A stretch of 64,000 bases of DNA, from the NCBI GenBank assembly GCA_963625935.1, contig CAVFVD010000009.1:4094-68093 (forward strand). The letters run 5' to 3'. Within the stretch, counting starts at the first letter, position 1; each line of letters begins with the position of its first letter. Made by a program: the position numbers and the translations under genes. This document shows, in pieces, positions 7,001-13,933 of the stretch. Source of the stretch: an uncultured Oscillospiraceae bacterium (GTDB taxonomy: Bacteria; Bacteroidota; Bacteroidia; Bacteroidales; Bacteroidaceae). The notes beneath the pieces are model-generated. The model made no database searches. It worked only from the letters and a program-made list of their open reading frames with translations, and had not been told where the DNA came from.

Positions 7001-9959
7001 TGTCGGCGGTCACCGTCACTTGCCGCGTGTTGCCGTCCTTGTCCGTCAGAGTGTAGGTCGCGCCCGCCGACAAGTCCGCCGTTCCGTCTATCATCCCCGC
7101 CGTGCGCTCGGCGTACTCCTTGCGCGTCTCGTCCGCCACACGGGCTTTTTCCTGCGCCGCGTCAATCGGCGTGTCCACCTTTGCAAGCGCGTCGGGCGAA
7201 ACCATCATCTTCTCGCCCGTGGCGCGGTCAACTACAATAAGCGACTGCGAACTCTTGTCCTTGTCAATCGTCCCGTCCGCGTTAAGCGCGACACTGCCGC
7301 CGATTACATACACGCCGCGTTCCGTCCCGTCCGGGTTGCGCTCGCGGAGCGTGCCGCCTATAATCGTGCCTGTGTCCTTGTTGGTCACCGCGTCCGTCTC
7401 CGCAGTGCGGGCGGCAACCTCGCGCTTCATTCCGTCTTTCGCGCGGGAAACCATCCCGTCAAAGCGTTTCTTGGCAAGCCCGTACTCCATCGCCGCGTTG
7501 AGCGCGGCTTCCTCCGCGCTGTCAATGTGGCTCGTCACCCATTTCTCCGCGTCGCCGATAAAGCCGTCCACGTCCTCCGCGTTGATGCCGAAAGCCTGCG
7601 CCACCTTGGCGCGTGCGTCGTCAAGGCGGTTCTTCGCGTCGTTCATCCCCTCTGCGCCCTCCGTGAGATAGCCCGCGTCTCCCGCGTCCTGCATATCGCA
7701 AAGCCACTCTGTGGCGCGGGTCGTCATGTCTTTCGCGCTCTCGCGCTGCTGCTCGCGCTCGGCTGCTTCCTTGCGCTCGGCTGCCACCGTGCCTCTGTAC
7801 ACTTGGGCGCGGATGCCGTATTTCGCGGCGGTGTTGCGCACCGCAAACGGAATGCTCTCGTCCGCCATAAAACTGTTGAGGGCGGCTGTCGCTTCCTCGT
7901 CCGTCCCACGCAGGAGTTTCTCGCGCACGTCCGTCCAGCGCGTTGCAAGAGCCGGGAACGCGCCTTTATATATAGCGTCGTCCATTCGTGAGAGGTCGCG
8001 CAACGCTTCCCGTCTGCGACCCCGGTAACCCGCCACGCTTAACGCGGAGCAGAAACCGCTCATCAAGCCCACGCCAAGGAACGTGTCTATGTTTATGTCC
8101 TTGTTGAAAACACCCGTGTTCTCCGCGCTGTCAAGCGTCATGTCGCCGACGGTCAGCGCGTTCTCTATGTTGCCGACAACCTCCTCGGCATACTCGCCTA
8201 TCGTGCCGTTGAACTTCGCACGTTTGAGGATTTCGTCCACGTTCTGTTTCCAATTGGAGCTGTTCACGTCACGGATAAAGTCCGCCACGGAGGAAAGGCG
8301 CATCTTGTCAGACAGCTTGCTGAGGGGCTTCACCTTGCCCAACACGCGTCCCGCCGTCTTGCCCGCCGCGCCAATCAGCGGGGCGAAATACTCGCCCACC
8401 ATCTCGCTGTGGTTCTCTATCGTCTGCGCCCCGAAAGCCTTTGCGTAGGCTGCGAAAGCGTTGTCCTCCGCGCCCTCCGTCCCTTTGAACACGATGTCGC
8501 CCTCAGGGGATATGTCGGGCTGTATCTCGCCCGTCATTCTGCCCATCGTGTCGCCCGCGACGCGCATCTGCCCCGTTGTCGCGGTCATCGTTGCTGCACT
8601 TGCCAAGTCGCCCGCCACTCTCGCGCCGAGCTTCTTCGCCATATACTTCTTTGTGGCTTTCTTCACGGCGGCTTTGCCGTACTTCCTCACAAGGTTGCGC
8701 ACCACCTTGCGCTGCAGCCCGTGTCCCAAGCCGCTCGCGGGGTTCAGTATCATTTCCACCATAAACGGCAGACTCTCCGCCGTCACGCCGCCCGCCTTGT
8801 AGCCGCGCCCTATCTTGCTCCCGTACGTGCCTTGCACATAGGCGTTGTAAGCCGCCGCGTCAAGCAGCTTGCGCTCATCGTCCGTGTATTCGTCCGTGCC
8901 TGCGTGTCGCACTGCGGAAAGAGTGGCACTCGCGCTCCTCGCGTCGCTCTCGCCCGCGTCATAGAATGACTTTTTCTTCAACGTGTCTACAATGCCGCGT
9001 CCCGCGCCCTTGAAAAAGCCGCGCGTCTCTCCGGCTTGCTTCGCCCCCCATTGCGCGGCGCGTCCCAACAAGCCGTCGCCAAACGTTTGCTTTGCCCCGC
9101 TCACGGCTCTTGCGGTGAACTTGTCGTCCTCTGCCGCCGCTTTCACTTCCCGGATGGTGTTGAGCGCGTCCTCCAATTCGGAAATGCGGGCTTCCACTTG
9201 CTGCATGTCGCTGCGTGCGCTCTTCTCAATCTCATCTCGCATTAATCCGGCGCGTACCGAGCTGCCGCCCCTCACCCGCTGCCACCACGGGCGGCTGTCT
9301 TGCTCCTTGTCTATCTCGTCGCTGATGCGTTCGCGGTCCTTGTAGGCGCGTGCAAGGCGTGCGCGCACGTCCTCCTCCGTGCCAAGGCGTGCGATGGCCC
9401 TTTCGGCGGCTTCACGCCTGTCAATGTCGCCCTGCGCCCAGTCCGCCGCAGCCGCGCTATCGTAGGTGTAGCCGTCCGTGTCCGCGTATCTTCGGGAAAT
9501 CTGCGGCTTGCCGTCGTTCCACGTCACGCCGTAGCCGTCCTCTTCCACGCGCTTGTTGGCGGGCTTGGAGCTGCTTGGGAAGCCGAGCGTGGTCTTCGCC
9601 ACGCCAAGCGGGTTGCGCTTGACGGCGGACAGCTTCTTGTCTGCCCGCTTGAAAACATCTCGCCCCTGGTCTATCGTGGCTTGTATGCTGCCGACGCTGA
9701 ACGGCACGGTCTCCTTTCTCGGCGTGCGCAGACGCTGCATGAACTCCGCGTAGGTGCTGCCTACGTCCGCGCCGCCCTCTTTGAACGTGTCGTAAACTCT
9801 CTTACGGTTGGCGTAATTGGCGTTCCCCAAAAAACCTTTTGTGAACTCCTCATAGGTTTGTTCGTATCCCCCGTCAGCCATTGCGTCATACAAACGCTTG
9901 AGCTGGCTTATTTGAATTCCCCCTCTCTTGTTCGGCGTTCCGCCGTTCTCGCTTCCCAT
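1..9959 (-). CDS. Giant polyvalent protein, at least 3,319 codons in window, 3' end off the left edge (ParB-like, barnase/EndoU-like and N6-adenine methyltransferase modules plus large unknown regions)
   Basis: ATG at 9959-9957. The reverse frame with codon low coordinate divisible by 3 stays open to position 1 in my manual translation. The track lists no ORF in that frame, as expected when there is no in-window stop. Motifs seen: VVVSGDGIVLSGNNRTMSGDLAARQG, GVFSRDGVGEIDVVWGDERGGFAHILGKH, EGSAGIGN, ITNVPF. Confidence 0.8.
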   Translation of the reverse strand, partial: MGSENGGTPNKRGGIQISQLKRLYDAMADGGYEQTYEEFTKGFLGNANYANRKRVYDTFKEGGADVGSTYAEFMQRLRTPRKETVPFSVGSIQATIDQGRDVFKRADKKLSAVKRNPLGVAKTTLGFPSSSKPANKRVEEDGYGVTWNDGKPQISRRYADTDGYTYDSAAAADWAQGDIDRREAAERAIARLGTEEDVRARLARAYKDRERISDEIDKEQDSRPWWQRVRGGSSVRAGLMRDEIEKSARSDMQQVEARISELEDALNTIREVKAAAEDDKFTARAVSGAKQTFGDGLLGRAAQWGAKQAGETRGFFKGAGRGIVDTLKKKSFYDAGESDARSASATLSAVRHAGTDEYTDDERKLLDAAAYNAYVQGTYGSKIGRGYKAGGVTAESLPFMVEMILNPASGLGHGLQRKVVRNLVRKYGKAAVKKATKKYMAKKLGARVAGDLASAATMTATTGQMRVAGDTMGRMTGEIQPDISPEGDIVFKGTEGAEDNAFAAYAKAFGAQTIENHSEMVGEYFAPLIGAAGKTAGRVLGKVKPLSKLSDKMRLSSVADFIRDVNSSNWKQNVDEILKRAKFNGTIGEYAEEVVGNIENALTVGDMTLDSAENTGVFNKDINIDTFLGVGLMSGFCSALSVAGYRGRRREALRDLSRMDDAIYKGAFPALATRWTDVREKLLRGTDEEATAALNSFMADESIPFAVRNTAAKYGIRAQVYRGTVAAERKEAAEREQQRESAKDMTTRATEWLCDMQDAGDAGYLTEGAEGMNDAKNRLDDARAKVAQAFGINAEDVDGFIGDAEKWVTSHIDSAEEAALNAAMEYGLAKKRFDGMVSRAKDGMKREVAARTAETDAVTNKDTGTIIGGTLRERNPDGTERGVYVIGGSVALNADGTIDKDKSSQSLIVVDRATGEKMMVSPDALAKVDTPIDAAQEKARVADETRKEYAERTAGMIDGTADLSAGATYTLTDKDGNTRQVTVTADKDGNTENADGTVNVSADGGNTIERVSRDEIEQAADKSRKEATRQRDEEKKAAESQEAAAVHGQPRYKKGQTFVLADGTSGEIVDIDEDGGVVVNTEEPMADGRMSARMEKADFDAALQRVTDEDGNLYWERADESAADGNGVQAEGNTPAVAENGESVPEEAPIAQGEENGEAAAPAADTEETPQPEEDAMPMKQEKDGRMTPDFSAATPERTHRYVYKDSGLDREEADAFVEAKRKEAEAKAKGKGLRKPKMGTDIEKYKAEKARYEAAKKEAEAELAYWEEVKRQQDKVVVAEREEQRKKFDERVEAAKEQLAEDKRIAAEQAAEQAEVGTHAVNPKIKEKWDKSRKAVGNAHAVTLEDGTVLRGHYVLTEAGAATASHDVENGFEQTEGFPVDENGGSVNDRDYKRDADAQRRVREMADAYDGRALQSPVVVSGDGIVLSGNNRTMSGDLAARQGTDGAYVAHLKEYGAMYGFTPEQVDGMEHPRVVFVPDEALPYDAATFARFNAQDKKAQSKPEHAVKLGKVVPDNVFARIVGDISRYDRLSDYYADGAAANSALQLLLEAGVINEMELPALRTGNSLSAAGRELIENTLIGKVFQSSPDAVRQIISTPVLRQSVTLALGEIAHNRAFAASGYDLGAELGAAVDLVYRARTAHPGIYRDGVAVSPYGREQGLFDEEYGDSRVTDATVLLLADVLNSGKPSDLRKVFALYNNEAEAPASGQTDMFSGGLRSKEEILKGVNEYFRNATGKEQQDAVSNAVAERKRRAEEAVEAADADGRSGETEEAGEHSLSSQNTEPRQTVTLHDPRTMSDEEKERRGEMLRDAYAVDVAEGQIVATAEMSARKAAEKWWNENVPEPVFYDTEAGEVEINNTSMEDSLAHRYGQAKLDAITSLVDGFENAVYLGTLPDFVRQEGVNNHYFAYPINYKGERCYVFCRAMQDTNKNRLYVHEVFVADKIKKGNTLQTAAFQPHGGIALYRDILANVLDRSTSVENQSASVAQSEESLPLDDSNKPTSDDNQLALHGINSSDISDGKSDHNSPKVQEISEKSPAKDGVKQTEGKGYTIAPATYTNKKGKTSDVHLLTFEKELTEEQARAVSEFAKERTGKGRFAPARGWKDRKSGGWMFRTEEDARKAAEIAANPEAVADNQPLSAKDMRDAVKTETHEEEDGGKKPAYERKEWTADSDISEMEKREKLLDNALHYNTAEEAELFPEAAAFRAKRDALLKKVAAGEMSEQQAGEELRTEYSDYIKRVNQAAEELSDLRFTLLAAKDNQQRKEAEEAKAQRKKELERKHNGFLKGKTALQASSADKALGKSVKFGEEGAMTIAEYIEKHHAAGDLVFEKKPYDQPHPRRWNAMSGAEQRRWEETHPRKVDYVVNGYFLGKTAYDYAEYLSKNGPAPKDAPKTEHSAEGNTSETKAEQPKAEQLKENPSGNKLVTDERYEELKKRMRAKLRGQLNMGVDPEILAIGTEMAVYHIEKGARKFAEFAKDMIADLGEAVRPYLKAFYNGARDLPEMAEYAEGLTPYDEVRAFDTANFDKPSKDVFAQAEMVAAESKAEAEAEKAGKAIKDKRNERRKEQEKQKQTDTGFAQTGADATFADEAATKHNEEAKAEREANAAKGKRRTDDELIGEVLKGNGHNWAKFYKEAIDKGDTEEAYKWYHALGDIIRNTFGGDAERANKWAENVFFPYIGSDAFAGYKYSTKPEAVPAPEGIKPVGKGTFGDVYDQFKGKPQEAAAFLTSRKGGDLLGVFSRDGVGEIDVVWGDERGGFAHILGKHVGEGKSFPTASEAARAIDEIIKTGEVSFENGDKVVFKKDGKVVTIRKNVREGGKKIAAKNWVLTAYDEMSADGGVSAIAPTNEVQAARHTDKPRGKVTPKSSDKKANGGKKEKEGQAAGDLFAGLTDTSETNKEQDNGLERHHAGVRPEGLPTDGSGQQQGLRGGERSRSQGTGQESGRADAGGRGLGTRENGSLQVGLSGLSERKNKRNNHSERGEDHAPKSVDARIDANIKAIELAQELLGSGETATPEQMGVLRRFSGWGGLGAAFNEASRDWKQRERNKRIRELLGEEAYGQAVLSSKSAYYTPASVVDTLWDIAAKLGFKGGSVLEGSAGIGNILGQMPTEMSGRSDIRAIEIDSTSGGILSLLYPDAQVEIQGFEETRIPNGSVDLAITNVPFVADLRVNDTTGDGDLSKKFRKIQDFCIAKNVRKLREGGIGIFITSNATLDSGKALREWVTGAGGADFIGAFRLNNKTFGGTPVTSDIIVIRKRVNGQKSAQAIDASAVGVERTAEYREKGESKTKRLPMDYNGYFIERPDHMAGEMRFGF
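1043..1240 (-). CDS. 65-aa ORF in the +1 frame inside the giant ORF (possible overprinted or recoded gene)
   Basis: ATG at 1240 with an A-rich leader and TAA at 1043. Its third codon positions are strongly G/C, like the other genes here, whereas the giant-ORF frame over the same bases is A/T-rich at third positions and Gly/Arg/Ser/Gln-rich. Confidence 0.45.
   Translation of the reverse strand: MDWNDIMREYAPKDCQPTEVDNNKDYAAAKEAVAKELGKKVEELTLEDEDLALGKMGLCKSDFLD
1450..1830 (-). other. Barnase/EndoU-like (PBECR/DUF3519-looking) module of the giant ORF
   Basis: FGDVYDQFKGKPQEAAAFLTSRKGGDLLGVFSRDGVGEIDVVWGDERGGFAHILGKHVGEGKSF...VVFKKDGKVVTIRKN. The family assignment is from memory of polyvalent-protein domains and has not been searched. 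Confidence 0.45.
3825..4805 (-). other. AT-richer in-frame domain cassette inside the giant ORF
   Basis: Composition drops visibly compared with the flanks. The segment encodes ...WWNENVPEPVFYDTEAGEVEINNTSMEDSLAHRYGQAKLDAITSLVDGFENAVYLG...GERCYVFCRAMQDTNKNRLYVHEVFVADKI... Confidence 0.6.
5520..5960 (-). other. DdrB/ParB-like nuclease-fold domain of the giant ORF
   Basis: ASHDVENGF...VNDRDYKRDADAQRRVREMADAYDGRALQSPVVVSGDGIVLSGNNRTMSGDLAARQG. Confidence 0.6.
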
Positions 9960-9983
9960 ATTGCTCTTTGTCCGTTTCTTTTG

Positions 9984-11462
9984 TTACAAGTGAAAACCTC
10001 TGAAATCCGGCTTTCCGTTTCCCTTTCCCGCGCCCTTTCCCGCGCCCTTTCCGCTATTGCGCTGCTGCTTGCGCTTCCTCTCCTGCTCGCCGAGCTTGGC
10101 GGGCGTGGAGCGGCTCTGCGTGCGCGTCACCACCTTTTGGTGGGTGTTCGCGTCATAGCCCGAGGACGTGCTTACGGGGTCGGGGGTGAGGTCGTAGCCC
10201 AACTCTGACGCGCGTTTGTTGCGCTCGCTCTCGTTGTTGAACGTTTCGTATTCCCCCGTCTGGTCGTTGTACACGGTGTACGTCTTCTTGCCGCCGCGTC
10301 CTCCGCCGCTTGCCGTGCCGCCGTTGTTGATGCTGTTCGCGCTGGCTCTGTCCTTTGCCGCCTTGGCATTGGCTGCCGCCGCTTTCGCCGCGTTCAGAGC
10401 CGCTTCTGAGCTTGCTCCCATCAGACGGGCGTTCGCGTACGCGTCATAGTACGCCGCTTTAGACGTTTCACCCGCCGCGCGTGCTTTGAGCAATTCCGTC
10501 TGCGCCGCTGCGATGTCGTCCTTTCTCCTCTGCTCGTTCGCTTCCTTTTCCGCCTTTTGCTTGTCAAGGGCTGCTTGCCGCTCCTCCGCTTTGTCCGCCG
10601 CTTCTTTCGCGTCGTCGTACTGCTGCGCCCTGAAAAGCCCGTCATAGTATTCTTTGCGCTTGCTCTCGCGCTCTTTCGCAATCTTGTCCCAACGGTCTCT
10701 CGCCTGTTGCGTGGATGTGTTCTTCCCCGTGTAGGAGTTGAGCGCGCCCTTGCCCGTGAAATAAAGGTTTGCCAAGGCGGAGATGGCGTCGCCCACTGAC
10801 GTGATGATAAGCTCGCGCTTCTTTTTCTTCCGCTCCTCTTCTGTCAGTTCTTCGTCACCGCTGTCTTTCATCATTTCCCGGTACATTTCCGCCCAAGACT
10901 TCTTCACGGGCTTCGTGTCCGCGCCGTACATTGGCGCGGCGGTTTGCGGCGCGTTGTTGTCTGCGGGCGGCGTTTGCGCGGCGGGTATCTGCTCTTCGCC
11001 CGCGCCCTCGTATCCTCTTGCCGCGCGTCCCGTCAATACGGGCGCGGGCGTGTTGTCTGCGGGCTGCGTTTGCGCGGCGGGTATCTGCTCTTCGCCCGCG
11101 CCCTCGTATCCTCTTGCCGCGCGTCCCGTCAATACGGGCGCGGGCGTGTTGTCTGCGGGCTGCGTTTGCGCGGCGGGTATCTGCTCTTCGCCCGCGCCCT
11201 CGTATCCTCTTGCCGCGCGTCCCGTCAATACGGGCGCGGGCGTGTTGTCTGCGGGCTGCGTTTGCGCGGCGGGTATCTGCTCTTCGCCCGCGCCCTCGTA
11301 TCCTCTTGCCGCGCGTCCCGTCAATGCGGGCTGCGGCGCGTTGTTGTCTGCGGGCTGCGTTTGCGCGGCTTCTGCGGGAAGCTGCGGCGTTGCAGCCGCG
11401 CTCCCGCCGTTGTTGTCGTCCTCGTTCGTGCCGAGTATGAGGTCTTTCGTGCTTGTTCCCAT
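9984..11462 (-). CDS. Repeat-bearing Lys/Glu/Ala-rich protein (492 aa), function unknown, possibly virion or ejected
   Basis: Track ORF. The N-terminus has four 32-aa repeats, followed by a coiled-coil-like charged region. It sits immediately upstream of, and co-oriented with, the giant ORF. Confidence 0.8.
   Translation of the reverse strand: MGTSTKDLILGTNEDDNNGGSAAATPQLPAEAAQTQPADNNAPQPALTGRAARGYEGAGEEQIPAAQTQPADNTPAPVLTGRAARGYEGAGEEQIPAAQTQPADNTPAPVLTGRAARGYEGAGEEQIPAAQTQPADNTPAPVLTGRAARGYEGAGEEQIPAAQTPPADNNAPQTAAPMYGADTKPVKKSWAEMYREMMKDSGDEELTEEERKKKKRELIITSVGDAISALANLYFTGKGALNSYTGKNTSTQQARDRWDKIAKERESKRKEYYDGLFRAQQYDDAKEAADKAEERQAALDKQKAEKEANEQRRKDDIAAAQTELLKARAAGETSKAAYYDAYANARLMGASSEAALNAAKAAAANAKAAKDRASANSINNGGTASGGGRGGKKTYTVYNDQTGEYETFNNESERNKRASELGYDLTPDPVSTSSGYDANTHQKVVTRTQSRSTPAKLGEQERKRKQQRNSGKGAGKGAGKGNGKPDFRGFHL
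10944..11366 (-). repeat. 96-bp tandem repeat, 4 copies plus a partial copy (three identical), coding for AAQTQPADNTPAPVLTGRAARGYEGAGEEQIP
   Basis: Direct reading of the DNA and the translated protein. Confidence 0.9.
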
Positions 11463-11476
11463 AGTTCCGTCCCCCG

Positions 11477-11956
11477 TTAAAATGGCATGCTGCTTGCCGC
11501 TTGCGACACTCCCTGCGTCGCGCCTTGTATCTGCTGCTGACGCTGCTGCTCGTTTTGCAGCAACTGCTGGTCATACGCTTGGTCTTGGGCGCGGTAAGTG
11601 TTTTCTATCTGGTCTTTGCGGCTGTCGGCCTGCTGGTTAATCTGCGCCATCGTGTCGCTTATCACCTTGTTGTTGTTGGCTTTCGCCGCAGCCACGCTCT
11701 CCTCCGAGCCGCCGCCCACAGCCGCCGCGCCCGCCGCGCTCTTGTTCTGCTGGCTTATAAGCTCGCGCGTCTGCGTGAGCAAGGCTTGCGCGTCAGCCCG
11801 CTGCGTTGCGTCCTCGTTGTACCTCGCATCGTACCAGTCTTGGTTCTTCTGCTTGGCCTCTTCTATCATTTTCTTCTGCTTCTTCGCGGACTTCGCGCCC
11901 ATTATGCCGCCCGCGATGCTGCCGACTGCGGCGACAGCGCTGCCTATCATTCCCAT
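11477..11956 (-). CDS. 159-aa protein with N-terminal glycine-zipper hydrophobic segment and Gln-rich tail
   Basis: MGMIGSAVAAVGSIAGGIMGAKSAKK...QQLLQNEQQRQQQIQG. Track ORF, co-oriented with the next two genes. Confidence 0.7.
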   Translation of the reverse strand: MGMIGSAVAAVGSIAGGIMGAKSAKKQKKMIEEAKQKNQDWYDARYNEDATQRADAQALLTQTRELISQQNKSAAGAAAVGGGSEESVAAAKANNNKVISDTMAQINQQADSRKDQIENTYRAQDQAYDQQLLQNEQQRQQQIQGATQGVSQAASSMPF

Positions 11957-11971
11957 GTCTGTTCCGTTTAT

Positions 11972-12025
11972 ACTTATAACTTGTCTGCGAATGTAGCCCG
12001 CTATCTTCGCGCTTGAGTTATAAGT
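11972..12025. promoter_or_regulatory. 10-bp perfect inverted repeat (ACTTATAACT ... AGTTATAAGT) in a divergent intergenic region
   Basis: Arms at 11972-11981 and 12016-12025, between the 11956 (-) and 12045 (+) gene starts. Confidence 0.5.
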
Positions 12026-12044
12026 TTAGACGCACGGACACGCT

Positions 12045-12395
12045 ATGGCAATAGGAAAGAAGACGGGCGGGCGCAAGAAAGGCACGCCCAACAAGCTTAC
12101 CTCCGTGGCACGCGGGATGATTAAGACTTGGCTCAACGCGCACAACAGCCCTGCGGGCGAGGACGGGGAAACCCTGCTTATGAGGGACTTCAACGAGCTT
12201 GACGCTCGCGAGAGGGTGCGCGTCTCCGCCGAGTTCGTCCGCATCGTGATGCCGCACAACCTCAACATTGACAAGGAGGACTGCGACATGACCACGGAGC
12301 GCAGGCTCGCAATGCTCGCGGGGGAGACTGAGGAAAACGAAAAAGAGGACAACTATGGAGATGACACTGACTGCGACGAGGACGAATGTCTTTGA
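12045..12395 (+). CDS. Small basic/acidic protein with GGRKKGTPNK N-terminus (DUF5681-like or small-terminase-like guess)
   Basis: MAIGKKTGGRKKGTPNKLTS... with an acidic C-terminal tail. Confidence 0.6.
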   Translation: MAIGKKTGGRKKGTPNKLTSVARGMIKTWLNAHNSPAGEDGETLLMRDFNELDARERVRVSAEFVRIVMPHNLNIDKEDCDMTTERRLAMLAGETEENEKEDNYGDDTDCDEDECL

Positions 12396-12804
12396 GGAGG
12401 TCGCGAAGACAACAGCGTACACGGGGAGCAAAGCCGTGGGGGACGAGACCGCCTACGAGCGCATGCTCGCAAAGGACGCTGACCGCGAGATGCTCGCCCG
12501 TTTCTGGGAGGAGACCTGCGCGGACGCGTGCGACACGCTGCGGCGGCTTGTCGTGACGGACGAGGACGACGGCGAGACGTTCTCACTCACGCTCGCCCTT
12601 TCCGCTTCGTTTGACACGGCGTTGGAGAAGAGCATACAAAAGGACTTCTTCTCCTATTTCGTGCTTAGCGTCACGGGAAAGTGGTTCGCGATAGCAAACA
12701 AGGAGGAAGCGGGCGGGTACGGAAAGGCGGCGGCTGACACGCTTCTCGGGCTGCACCGCAAGGCACTCCTCAAACGCCGCCCGCAAAGGCCTGAATACAA
12801 CTGA
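12355..12804 (+). CDS. Acidic protein, paralogue A of a triplet, unknown function
   Basis: C-terminal pattern FSLTLAL...WFAIANKEEA...RRPQRP is shared with the next two ORFs. Confidence 0.65.
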   Translation: MEMTLTATRTNVFEEVAKTTAYTGSKAVGDETAYERMLAKDADREMLARFWEETCADACDTLRRLVVTDEDDGETFSLTLALSASFDTALEKSIQKDFFSYFVLSVTGKWFAIANKEEAGGYGKAAADTLLGLHRKALLKRRPQRPEYN

Positions 12805-12824
12805 CAACTTAAAAGGAAAAAGAA

Positions 12825-13340
12825 ATGGCAGAACAGAAGAAGACGTTGACTTGCACGCTCGAGGTTAAGGAGCTGATGTATGACGTGATGAACAAGGCGT
12901 ACCTTACGGGACAGGCGCGCGAAGCGGAGGGGACGGGCTATGAGGCCGCGTCCAATATGCAGGCAAGCGAGGACAACGAGAACAGCTACCAGCTGCGCCG
13001 CTCGCTCGCCAACGCGTTCTCCGCGCTCAAGTCGCTCCTCGGGGAGTACCTTGACGAGGACAGCACAACGACAACCAACAAAATCCAGTCGTCCATTGAC
13101 AACAACAAGCAGCTGACCCTCGCTTTCAAGCTCCCGTCAAACTACAACAACGCGTCCGCCGACAGCCTTGGCAACGGCATACACGCCTACCTTGTGGACA
13201 CCACGCTTTCAGAGTGGTTCTCCATCACCAACAAGGCTGACGCGGAACAGTACGCTTCCCATTCGGCGGCAAGCCTTGAAATCGTGAAACGCGCCCTCTA
13301 CAAGCGCAGCCGCCCAACCCGCCCAATCTATGAGGTGTGA
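12825..13340 (+). CDS. Acidic protein, paralogue B of a triplet, unknown function
   Basis: LTLAFKLP...WFSITNKADAEQY...RSRPTRP. Confidence 0.7.
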   Translation: MAEQKKTLTCTLEVKELMYDVMNKAYLTGQAREAEGTGYEAASNMQASEDNENSYQLRRSLANAFSALKSLLGEYLDEDSTTTTNKIQSSIDNNKQLTLAFKLPSNYNNASADSLGNGIHAYLVDTTLSEWFSITNKADAEQYASHSAASLEIVKRALYKRSRPTRPIYEV

Positions 13341-13872
13341 TATGGAATGCGGATGCGCCACGGGCGTGGAAACGCGCAAGAGCGCGACAATAACGCTCCT
13401 GCGCTCCGAGCTGCTCTACGACATCGGCAACAGCGCGTATGTCACGGGCGAGCTGGTTGGCGAGGAGAACGAACACGCGCACCACCTCGTCACGGACGTG
13501 ACGCAGGACGGCAACATTGACCGCGTCACGCGGATGCTTGACCTCGCGTTCGCCGACTTGGAGGAGAAGCTCTACCCCTACACCAAGGGGGACGTTGAGG
13601 ACGGGGCGGAAGCGGACGACAAGATGGGGGAGACGGATAAATACGTCTTGTCGCTTTCGCTCCCCGAAACGTTCTCCGCCACCACGCTGCGCCTTGTCGC
13701 GAAGCTCGCCCACGAGTTCCTCGTCTGCCGCGTGCTGAACGACTGGCTCGGGGTGACAAGCCCCGAAAACGCCGCAGTATGGGCGGAGAGGGCGGAAAGC
13801 ATGGGGGAAAGGCTGCGCACCGCGCTCACCTCGCGCTCCAAGGCTTTCAGACGCAAGATGAAGCCTTTCTAA
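13330..13872 (+). CDS. Acidic protein, paralogue C of a triplet, unknown function
   Basis: YVLSLSLP...WLGVTSPENAAVW...; start codon uncertain (13330 or 13342). Confidence 0.65.
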   Translation: MRCDMECGCATGVETRKSATITLLRSELLYDIGNSAYVTGELVGEENEHAHHLVTDVTQDGNIDRVTRMLDLAFADLEEKLYPYTKGDVEDGAEADDKMGETDKYVLSLSLPETFSATTLRLVAKLAHEFLVCRVLNDWLGVTSPENAAVWAERAESMGERLRTALTSRSKAFRRKMKPF

Positions 13873-13875
13873 GAC

Positions 13876-13917
13876 AACGGCGGCTCTGGTTTTCGTGCCA
13901 GAGCCGCCGTTCTTTTT
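13876..13917 (+). terminator. Rho-independent terminator between convergent genes
   Basis: AACGGCGGCTCTGG-TTTTCGTG-CCAGAGCCGCCGTT followed by CTTTTTG. Confidence 0.8.
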
Positions 13918-13933
13918 GCACCTATACAAGCGG

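Noticed and set aside
30-10208. Long plus-strand ORFs in the track (e.g. 5442-7991, 849 aa; 2877-3977; 1800-2804; 9300-10208)
   Set aside because: They are antisense shadows of the giant minus-strand ORF. They are rich in Arg/Leu/His/Val, have no recognisable motifs, and have the wrong third-position composition.
10783-11640. Repetitive ORFs on the plus strand and in other frames across the 96-bp repeats (10783-11640, 10855-11574, 10931-11440, 10944-11480)
   Set aside because: They are alternative-frame readings of the tandem repeat. Only the 9984-11462 minus-strand frame continues into a non-repetitive, protein-like sequence.
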